Shown here: piece after piece, positions 7,246 to 14,898 of the stretch | Position numbering within the stretch: position 1 is the first letter of the stretch | Layout of the letters: each line of letters starts with the position of its first letter | Assembly: GCA_038322045.1 (NCBI GenBank) | Contig: JBBQFP010000005.1 | Coordinates: 27,619-91,618, forward strand | DNA: 64,000 bases | DNA from: Actinomycetes bacterium | Lineage (GTDB): Bacteria; Actinomycetota; Actinomycetes; JBBQFP01 | Direction: 5' to 3' | Translations under genes and position numbers: made by a program | The notes under the pieces: model-generated | The model's input: only the letters and a program-made list of their open reading frames with translations | Databases searched by the model: none | Told to the model about the DNA's origin: nothing

Positions 7246-9234
7246 GTGGCGGCCCCTGCCTCGATCGCGCGACGCCTGCGGGCGGGTCTCGCCGTCCTGT
7301 CCGCGGTGGTTCTCGCGATGCTCGCCAGCCTTGCGCTCGCCGGGTCCGCCTCGGCCCACGCGGAGCTCGACAGCAGCGCACCAGGGGACGGGGCGAGCCT
7401 GGCTCAGGCGCCGAGGCAGCTGGTCCTGCGCCTCAGCGAGTCCGTGGAGCTCTCGGCGAGCACGATCAGCATCTCCGACGGTGACGGGCACACCATGCCG
7501 ACGGGTGCGTTGCGCCTGACCCGAGCGCCAGGCGCCGGGACCGAGGCGCCCGTCACCCTCGTCGTGGACCTGCCCACGCTCGGGCGCGGTGACTACCGGG
7601 TCGACTGGCGGACGCTGTCCAGCGACGACCTCCACGTCACCCAGGGTGTCCTCGTCTTCGGCGTCGGCACGACGACGGACGGCGCGAGCGCGGTCAGGTC
7701 CGCCGCAGCGCAGCCGAGGCCCTCGACGGTCGAGGCCGCCACCCGGTGGGTCGGCCTGCTCGCGCTCGGGGTCGCACTGGGCTGCGTCACGCTGCTGGTG
7801 CTGCTGTCCCGCGTTCAGCACGTCGCGGGCGTGGGCCGACCGGTGCGTCGGCGACTGCTCGGAGTCGCGAGTCCGGCCGCCTGGACGGCGCTGGTGGCGG
7901 GGCTCGTCCTTCCCGTGACGCAGGCTGCCGGCGCCGGCGGTGACGTCGGCGCGACGCTGCGCCGGCTGCTGCTGACGGGCGCCTACGCGCCGCGCTGGTG
8001 GCTGCACCAGGCGGCTCTGGCCTGCCTGGTGCTGGCGGTCCGAGCGGCGCGACACCGTGCCGACGACGCCGACGCCGCCGAGCACTCGCGTCGGCTCGGG
8101 GTCGTCGCCGGGGCGTGCGCCGTCGTCGCCTGCACGACCGCGACGCTCATGGGCCATGGCGGGGCGAGAGCCGCCAGTCGACCGCTGCTCGTCGTGGTGG
8201 AGAGCTCCCACGTGCTCGCTGCCCTGCTGTGGACGGGGTCGGTGGTGGCCGCCGCCGTCGTCCTGACGGCTCCGCGACGGCCAGGCGCGGCCGGGCTGCG
8301 CAGCGCCGTGCTTCGCCGGTTCGGGGCGGTGGCCGCTGGGTGCGTCGCCGTCATGGTCGTCACCGGGCTGCTCCTTGCCGGACGCCGCATCGCCACGCTC
8401 GACGCACTGGTGCACTCGACCTACGGGGTGACCCTGCTGGTCAAGTGCGCCGTCGGGCTGCTCGCGGGCCTGCTCGGCCTGGTGAGCTCGGTCGCGCTGC
8501 GCCCGCCCTGGGCGGCGCGGGTGGGGCTGTACCGGGCGCCGCAGCGCTGGGCGGGCCGGCTCCTGCCGTGGGAGGGGCTGCTCGTGGTGGGAGCGCTGGG
8601 CGCAGCGGCGGTGCTGGCCGCGTCCGCGCCGGCGTCAGGGCCGCGCTGGGCGGTCGCGCACCCGCCGGCGCTGCTCGTCGGGGGCAACGCCGGTGACCTG
8701 GTGGAGACGGTACGGGTCAAGCCGGACCGCCCGGGTGCCAACTTCGTCTCGGTCGACGTGTTCGACTCCCGCCGTCCAGCGCCCGGACCGGTCCGCAGCG
8801 TCGAGGTGACGTTGCGTGGGCCGACCGGCTCCACGCAGAGCGCTCCGGCGGTCACCGCGGGCGGGTCGACGTGGCTCGTGGCGGGCTCGCAGCTGACGGC
8901 GGGGGTCTGGCACATCGGCGTGCGGGCGTCGCGCAGCGGGCTGCCCGACGCGACGGCGAGCTACCGCTGGGTCGTGCCGGACCCGGCGGCTCGGCAGGTC
9001 ACCGGTGTGGCAGCCGCTCCTCTGACGCGGTGGACGGACCCCGCTGCGGCTGTCGTCGGCCTCGCTGCCCTCGCCGGCCTGGCGGGTGCGCTGCACCGCC
9101 GGCGCCGTCCGCGCGTGGAAGCCGGGACCGCCGACGTCGAGGATGGGGGCGACCGGGCCGAAGACGGCGCGGCGGGAGCCCATGCGGCAGCGGTGAGCGC
9201 GCCCCCGGCGCTGGAGGGTGCCGGGGTGCGCTGA
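7246..9234 (+). CDS. CopC/CopD fusion copper resistance/uptake protein with a C-terminal extracytoplasmic beta-sandwich-like domain and TM anchor
   Basis: GTG 7246 is in frame with the 7186 ORF. The signal peptide ends ASAHAELDSSAP, giving the mature N-terminal His typical of CopC. It has DDLHVTQG, then about 8 hydrophobic CopD-type helices, a soluble domain (VKPDRPGANFVSVDVFD...) and an acidic tail. Confidence 0.85.
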   Translation: MAAPASIARRLRAGLAVLSAVVLAMLASLALAGSASAHAELDSSAPGDGASLAQAPRQLVLRLSESVELSASTISISDGDGHTMPTGALRLTRAPGAGTEAPVTLVVDLPTLGRGDYRVDWRTLSSDDLHVTQGVLVFGVGTTTDGASAVRSAAAQPRPSTVEAATRWVGLLALGVALGCVTLLVLLSRVQHVAGVGRPVRRRLLGVASPAAWTALVAGLVLPVTQAAGAGGDVGATLRRLLLTGAYAPRWWLHQAALACLVLAVRAARHRADDADAAEHSRRLGVVAGACAVVACTTATLMGHGGARAASRPLLVVVESSHVLAALLWTGSVVAAAVVLTAPRRPGAAGLRSAVLRRFGAVAAGCVAVMVVTGLLLAGRRIATLDALVHSTYGVTLLVKCAVGLLAGLLGLVSSVALRPPWAARVGLYRAPQRWAGRLLPWEGLLVVGALGAAAVLAASAPASGPRWAVAHPPALLVGGNAGDLVETVRVKPDRPGANFVSVDVFDSRRPAPGPVRSVEVTLRGPTGSTQSAPAVTAGGSTWLVAGSQLTAGVWHIGVRASRSGLPDATASYRWVVPDPAARQVTGVAAAPLTRWTDPAAAVVGLAALAGLAGALHRRRRPRVEAGTADVEDGGDRAEDGAAGAHAAAVSAPPALEGAGVR

Positions 9235-9384
9235 GGCCCGCCGACTCGCAGGAGCGCGGATCACCCGGCTCCCGCGGCCAGTGATCGATGTCACTCTCCG
9301 TAACATCAGGAATGGCCGTTCAGTATTTCTGTTGTCGATACTCTACGCAGAGTCACTGGAACGGGGAATCGCGAGGGAGCGGAC

Positions 9385-9726
9385 GTGCGTGATCTGGCGC
9401 CGAGCATCTATCGGCAACGGCTGGTCATCGAGGGGAGCTGCAGCGAGGCGATCGGTGCGGCGGAGATCAGCGAGTACCTGACCGATCTGTCGAACACCAT
9501 CGACATGGTGGCCCTCATCGAGCCGGTCACGCACCTGTCGCCGACCTACGGCTGGGCCGGGTGGATCCACTGGGAGACCTCCGGGGCGCACTTCTACGCG
9601 TGGGACGAGCCCGACCTGTTCTTCAGCGTCGACATCTACTCGTGCAAGCCCTTCGACGTCGCCCATGCGGTCGAGATGACGCGGGAGCGCTTCGGCTGCT
9701 CCGACGTCGAGTTCGCGGAGCTGTGA
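9385..9726 (+). CDS. S-adenosylmethionine decarboxylase-like (SpeH/SpeD class 1b fold, pyruvoyl-type) small protein
   Basis: 113 aa. By eye, WETSGAHFYAWDEPDLFFSVDIYSCKPFD aligns to the SESHLTIHTWPE...DLFTCG core of bacterial AdoMetDC. The processing Ser is present but is preceded by Thr rather than Glu. A GAGGGAG RBS lies upstream. Confidence 0.6.
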   Translation: MRDLAPSIYRQRLVIEGSCSEAIGAAEISEYLTDLSNTIDMVALIEPVTHLSPTYGWAGWIHWETSGAHFYAWDEPDLFFSVDIYSCKPFDVAHAVEMTRERFGCSDVEFAEL

Positions 9727-10574
9727 GCGCCCCCGCGCGTGCCGGAGCTGCCGTCCTCAGCCTTCACGTCAACCCGACCGGCGAGCTGCTCGAGGCCGCC
9801 CGAGAGTGCGAGGCCGAGATCTTCCAGCGCTGGTACGGCAACTCGCGCCGACAGCTCGACGCCGAGTACGGCCCCTACGAGCACGCGACGGCGTTCATCG
9901 TCCTGTGCCGTGAGGGCGATGGCGGCACGATGGTCGTCGACGGCCTCGAGGTCGTCGGCGTCACCCGGGTGATCCGGCCGAACTCGCGGGGACTCAAGAC
10001 GTTCACCGACGTCGCCCTCCCGCCGTGGGAGGTTGATCCCGACCGCGCCAGCCGCGCCGCCGGGCTCGATCCCGCGACGACGTGGGAGGTCGCGACGATC
10101 GGCGTCCGCTCCGGTCGCGGCCTCGCCGGGCGGCAGTGCGCGGCGGCGCTCTATCACGGCCTCGTGCTCGCCGGCCGGGTCAACGACGTCCATGCGCTCG
10201 TCGCCGTCCTCGACGAGAAGGTCCGCGGCATGCTCGAGGCCGCCGGGCTCGGGATGCAGGCGCTGCCGGGCACCAAGCCCATGCCCTACCTGGGCTCCGC
10301 TGCGAGCACCCCCGTGTTCGGCGAGCTCGCCGCGATGCTCAGCCGGCAGCGTCGGCACTCCCCGGAGGCGTACCGGCTCGTCACGCTGGGCGTGGGGCTC
10401 AGCGGGGTCACCGTGCCGCCGCCCGAGGCGTTCCTCCTGCCGGTTCCGGCGATCTCGGTGACGGCAGGGTGTGCTGACCGGGTGACGGTCGTCCTGCCGC
10501 AGCAGCGGAGGATCGACCTGCGCTCGTCGAGGTCAGCAGGCGGACTCGTCGAGGAGCCGGCCGCGCGCGGCTAG
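9724..10574 (+). CDS. Hypothetical protein, possibly a GNAT / N-acyl-synthase-like fold
   Basis: GTG 9724 overlaps the upstream stop (GTGA). GC3 is high. The pattern EAEIFQRWYG...EYGPYE...VVGVTRVI...WEVATIGV...YLGSAASTPV resembles acyltransferase-fold enzymes, but the family call is weak. Its 3' end overlaps the convergent gene by 42 nt. Confidence 0.45.
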
Positions 10575-12857
10575 CGCTCCGGCGACGCTGGGGGCTCCGG
10601 TCGTCGGCGCCGCCGCCGTCCGGCGCCGTACCCAGGCCTCGACGTCGCGCGCCGGCATCGGACGAGCGATGTGGTAGCCCTGGAGGACGTCGACGCCCAT
10701 CGAGGCGAGCTCGCTGCCGGTGTCGGCGTCCTCGACGCCCTCCGCCACGAGCCGTAGCCCCATGGCGTGGGCCATCTGGCGGGTCGAGTCGACGATGACC
10801 TTGCTGCGGGGGTCCGAGCGCATCGTGGCGACGAAGGTGCGGTCGATCTTGAGCTCCTGCACCGGAAGGTCGCGCAGGTAGGCCAGCGACGAGAACCCGG
10901 TGCCGTAGTCGTCGACGGAGATCTGCACCTGGTGGGCCCGCAGGTCGAGCAGCGTCTCGCGGGCCCGCTCCGGGTCGGCGATGAACGAGTCCTCGGTGAC
11001 CTCGACGAGGATCGACTGCGGTGGCAGGCCGTGCTCGGTGATCTGGCGGAACAGCTGCGGCAGGACGCTGCCCGCAAGCAGTTCCGGCGGCGCGCAGTTG
11101 ACGGCGACGTGGAAGTCCAGGCCCCGGTCCAGCCACCCGCGTGCGTCGGTGACGGCGAGCCGCATGACCTGCTCCGAGAGCGCCCGCATGAGCCCCGAGC
11201 GCCTGGCGTCGGGCAGGAACGCCGCGGGCTGAAGGAGCCCGTGCTGCGGGTGCTCCCAGCGCACGAGCGCCTCGACGCCGAGCACCTCGTCGGTGACGGC
11301 GTCCACCTGAGGTTGGTACCAGAGGACGAGCTGGTCGTTCTCGATGCCCCGGCGGAGCTCCTCGATGAGTGCCAGCCGGTGGTGGGAGAACTCATCGCGC
11401 GTGGCGTCGTAGAGGACGACGGCCGAGCGCGCCGAGCGCGCCTGGTTGAGCGCGACCTCGGCCCGGCGCAGGACGTCGGACGGCGCGAGGTCGGTGCCCG
11501 CCCCCGCCGCGACGCCGACGGAGGTGCGGATCGCGAGCTCCATGCCGTTGACGAGGACCGGCCGCAGCAGCTCGTCGCGGGCGCGGCGGGCCGTCTCGAG
11601 CAGGACGATGTCGTCGTCGAGGCGGACGACGACGGCGAACTCGTCAGCACCCTGACGGGCCACGGTAGCCGAGGACCCGAGCGTCTTCGTCAGCCGGCGG
11701 GCAACGACCTGGAGCACGGCGTCGCCCGACTCGTGGCCGAGGCTGTCGTTGATGTCCTTGAAGCCGTCGATGTCGAGGAGCAGCACGCCGATGGGGCCAC
11801 CGAGCCGGATCGAGGCCTCGAGCTCGATGAGCAGCCCGCGGCGGTTCGGCAGCGACGTCAGCTCGTCGAGCTTGGCCAGACGGAGCTCCTCACTGGTCCG
11901 CTCGGCGTCGCGCATCGCCAGCGTGAGACGCCACATCGCCGCCGTCAGCGTGATGACGGCCGGCACGGTGACGTACCACCCGGCGAAGCCGGCGGGACGG
12001 GTGACGAGCACACCGACGGCGACAGACGCGGCAGCAACGAGCAACGAGGCGGGCTGCCGGCGGTTGGGGGCCGCTGAGTCGACCGACGACGTCGTCGCGC
12101 CCGCGACGACGAGGGCGAAGCCGAGGCCGTAGACGAGGTCGAGCGAGGCGCTCGAGACGTAGGTGTCGCTCGCGAGGTTGGCCACGAGGCTGCAGTCGGC
12201 GACCGCGACGGCGAGGAACCCGAGGGACAACGTCGTCGTCTGCCAGGACACCCGGCGCTGCCGCAGCAGCACCTGGCCGAGCACGGTGAGGGCCAGGGCG
12301 GAGTCGATGAGCGGGTACAGCAGCGCCATGAACAGCGGCATCCCCGAGGCCCCGAGGGCCTGCGCCGCCGGCATGAGCAGCACCGATGCCGCGATGCACG
12401 CCACGCCGCCGCAGACGACCGCGGTCTCGAGCCACACCGAGGCGCCCCGGCTGGTGCGGCGCGGCACGTCGAGGAGGAGGAACGACACGATCCCGACGTA
12501 GGAGGCGAGGAACCACAGCTCGCCGGGCGCAGGGAAGCGGGTCAGCGTGGCGACGCCGCCGCCGATGAGCGCGACCGATCCCGCGGCCCAGGACGCCAGC
12601 CCTGCGGCGAGGCAGAGCAGCGGCATCCGGCGCGCGGGCTGGAGCAGCCCGGAGAGGAGCAGCCGGCCGAGCAGGAGGAGGAAGAACGCCGCCATCGTGG
12701 CGGTGAGGGCGCCGTGCATCGATGCACCGACGTGCTCGGCGCCGACGACGAGGATGATGCCGCCACCGCAGAGGAGCACGGCCCAGCTGAGGCGTTGGAG
12801 GGTGACCGCGACGAGGCGCACGTCAGCGGCACGCCACTGCTCGGTCCGTCGTCGCAC
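10533..12857 (-). CDS. Membrane sensor with GGDEF (GADEF variant) and EAL domains (c-di-GMP turnover)
   Basis: About 300 aa of hydrophobic helices, then LPNRRG...DIDGFKDINDSLGHESGD...RQGADEF, then EALVRWEHP...DDYGTGFSSLAYL...KIDRTFV...EGVE...QGYHIARP. Confidence 0.85.
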   Translation of the reverse strand: MRRRTEQWRAADVRLVAVTLQRLSWAVLLCGGGIILVVGAEHVGASMHGALTATMAAFFLLLLGRLLLSGLLQPARRMPLLCLAAGLASWAAGSVALIGGGVATLTRFPAPGELWFLASYVGIVSFLLLDVPRRTSRGASVWLETAVVCGGVACIAASVLLMPAAQALGASGMPLFMALLYPLIDSALALTVLGQVLLRQRRVSWQTTTLSLGFLAVAVADCSLVANLASDTYVSSASLDLVYGLGFALVVAGATTSSVDSAAPNRRQPASLLVAAASVAVGVLVTRPAGFAGWYVTVPAVITLTAAMWRLTLAMRDAERTSEELRLAKLDELTSLPNRRGLLIELEASIRLGGPIGVLLLDIDGFKDINDSLGHESGDAVLQVVARRLTKTLGSSATVARQGADEFAVVVRLDDDIVLLETARRARDELLRPVLVNGMELAIRTSVGVAAGAGTDLAPSDVLRRAEVALNQARSARSAVVLYDATRDEFSHHRLALIEELRRGIENDQLVLWYQPQVDAVTDEVLGVEALVRWEHPQHGLLQPAAFLPDARRSGLMRALSEQVMRLAVTDARGWLDRGLDFHVAVNCAPPELLAGSVLPQLFRQITEHGLPPQSILVEVTEDSFIADPERARETLLDLRAHQVQISVDDYGTGFSSLAYLRDLPVQELKIDRTFVATMRSDPRSKVIVDSTRQMAHAMGLRLVAEGVEDADTGSELASMGVDVLQGYHIARPMPARDVEAWVRRRTAAAPTTGAPSVAGALAARGRLLDESAC

Positions 12858-13040
12858 GCCGCCCGCCCCACAAGTCGTGGCTGCTCCCGGCGGCGAGGTC
12901 CTCCCCGCGCGCCGTACCTCGAGCCGATTACCCCTGGGGGAAGAATCGGCAGCGCAGGCGTCGACCTTGACAGCGGTCTCCGCCCGTTCCCCCGAACCAG
13001 GTCAGATGCTTGCACAACGTTGGTGACGAGGTGAAACCTG

Positions 13041-13077
13041 CTCCCCGGGGCTCCCCGGGCTCCCCGGGCTCCCCGGG
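13041..13077. repeat. 9-10 bp tandem repeat (CTCCCCGGG x4) in a divergent intergenic region
   Basis: The sequence reads ctccccgggg ctccccggg ctccccggg ctccccggg. Each unit contains the CCCGGG palindrome. Confidence 0.9.
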
Positions 13078-13122
13078 CGCGTCTGCGGGGCTGGTCAACT
13101 CCGTCGCGGGCGGTCGTCGTCG

Positions 13123-14898
13123 GTGCGACCATGTGGGACGCGCCCCGTGACCCGGGGCGTCGGAGGTGTACCTGTGCTGACCCCCCTGCTGCGGCGATTC
13201 CTGCGTCCCTACGCACGCTGGCTCGTCGTCGTCCTCGTCCTCCTGCTCGTCCAGGCCATGACGAGCCTGTACCTGCCGACGCTCAACGCCCGGCTCATCG
13301 ACGAGGGCGTCACCCAGGGCGACCTGCACCGGGTGTGGACGATAGGCGGCTGGATGCTCCTCGTCTCCGCCGTCCTCGCCGTCGCGACGGTGGCCGGCGT
13401 CTACTGGTCGGCCCGCACGGCGATGGCGGTCGGGCGGGACATGAGGGCAGCGGTGTTCCTCACCGTCGAGGGGTTCAGCGCCCGGGAGGTCAACGCCTTC
13501 GGCACCCCGTCGCTCATCACCCGCAACACCAATGACGTCCAGCAGGTCCAGATGGTCGTCCTGCTCGGTCTCACGATCATGGTGCTCGGGCCGGTCACCA
13601 TGGTCGGCGGGATCGTCATGGCGCTGCGTCAGGACGTCGGACTGTCGGCCGTGCTCATCGTGGCGCTGCCGGTCATGGCCGGGGTGATCGGGCTGCAGGT
13701 CCGACGGCTCCTGCCGCTCTTCCGGTCGATGCAGGTAAAGATCGACACGATCACCTCGGTGCTGCGCGAGCAGATCACCGGCGTCCGAGTCGTCCGGGCC
13801 TTCGTCAAGGAGGAGCACGAGACGGCGCGGTTCGCCGACGCCAACGCCGACCTCACCGGCACTGCGCTCCAGGTGACCCGCGTCTTCGCCCTGCTCATGC
13901 CCATGCTCATGGCGGTGCTCAACCTCTCGAGCGTCGCCATCATGTGGTTCGGCGCCCACCGGGTCGACGACGGCGCCCTGCAGATCGGCCAGCTCACCGC
14001 CTTCCTCAGCTACATGATGCAGATCCTTCTCGCGGTCATGATGGCGACGATGATGGTCGTCATGGTGCCGCGGGCCGCCGCGTGCGCCGAGCGCATCTGC
14101 GCCGTCCTCGACACCGAGCCAACCGTCCGTGAGCCTGCTCTCCCCGTCCTGGCCACGCCGGGCCTCGGGGTCGAGCTCGTCGACGTCGGGTTCAGCTACC
14201 CCGGCGCCGAGCGTCCGGTGCTCAGCGGGGTGTCGTTCACCCTGCGCCCCGGCGCGACGACGGCGATCGTCGGGAGCACCGGCGCGGGCAAGACGACGCT
14301 CGTCAACCTCCTCCCGCGCCTCTACGACGTCACCGAGGGGCGGGTGCTCGTCGGTGGCGTGGACGTTCGCGAGCAGGGGCTCGAGGCGCTGTGGGCCTCC
14401 ATCGCCCTGTGCCCCCAGAAGCCCTTCCTCTTCCGCGGCACCGTGGCGAGCAACCTGCGTTTCGGCGACCCCGAGGCCACCGACGACGACCTCTGGCGCG
14501 CGCTCGAGGTGGCTCAGGCAAGGGACTTCGTCGAGGCGATGGAGGGAGGCCTCGAGGCGGAGATCGTCCAGGGCGGGGCGAACCTCTCTGGCGGTCAGCG
14601 CCAGCGGCTCGCCATCGCCCGCGCCGTCGTCAAGCGTCCTGCCGTGTACGTCTTCGACGACAGCTTCTCGGCGTTGGACTACACGACCGACGCGCGGCTG
14701 CGTGCGGCGCTGCGGGAGTGCACCCGTGACGCCGTCGTCCTCGTCGTGGCGCAGCGGGTGAGCACCGTCATGCACGCCGAGCGGATCGTCGTCCTCGACG
14801 AGGGCCGGGTCGTGGGCATCGGCACCCACGACGAGCTCCTCGAGACCTGCACGACCTACGAAGAGATCGTCAGCTCCCAGCTGGCGGCTGCGGCATGA
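13123..14898 (+). CDS. ABC transporter permease/ATP-binding protein (exporter half-transporter 1)
   Basis: Six-helix TMD followed by an NBD with Walker A GSTGAGKTT, signature LSGGQRQR and Walker B VYVFDD. The start is uncertain; an in-frame GTG near 13174 gives VLTPLLRRF. Confidence 0.85.
   Translation: MRPCGTRPVTRGVGGVPVLTPLLRRFLRPYARWLVVVLVLLLVQAMTSLYLPTLNARLIDEGVTQGDLHRVWTIGGWMLLVSAVLAVATVAGVYWSARTAMAVGRDMRAAVFLTVEGFSAREVNAFGTPSLITRNTNDVQQVQMVVLLGLTIMVLGPVTMVGGIVMALRQDVGLSAVLIVALPVMAGVIGLQVRRLLPLFRSMQVKIDTITSVLREQITGVRVVRAFVKEEHETARFADANADLTGTALQVTRVFALLMPMLMAVLNLSSVAIMWFGAHRVDDGALQIGQLTAFLSYMMQILLAVMMATMMVVMVPRAAACAERICAVLDTEPTVREPALPVLATPGLGVELVDVGFSYPGAERPVLSGVSFTLRPGATTAIVGSTGAGKTTLVNLLPRLYDVTEGRVLVGGVDVREQGLEALWASIALCPQKPFLFRGTVASNLRFGDPEATDDDLWRALEVAQARDFVEAMEGGLEAEIVQGGANLSGGQRQRLAIARAVVKRPAVYVFDDSFSALDYTTDARLRAALRECTRDAVVLVVAQRVSTVMHAERIVVLDEGRVVGIGTHDELLETCTTYEEIVSSQLAAAA

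Noticed and set aside
13041-13077. The possibility that the short tandem repeats (13041, 47821, 58210) represent a CRISPR array.
   Set aside because: The units are contiguous, with no spacers. They are 9-24 bp long with only 2-4 copies each, and no cas genes are present.
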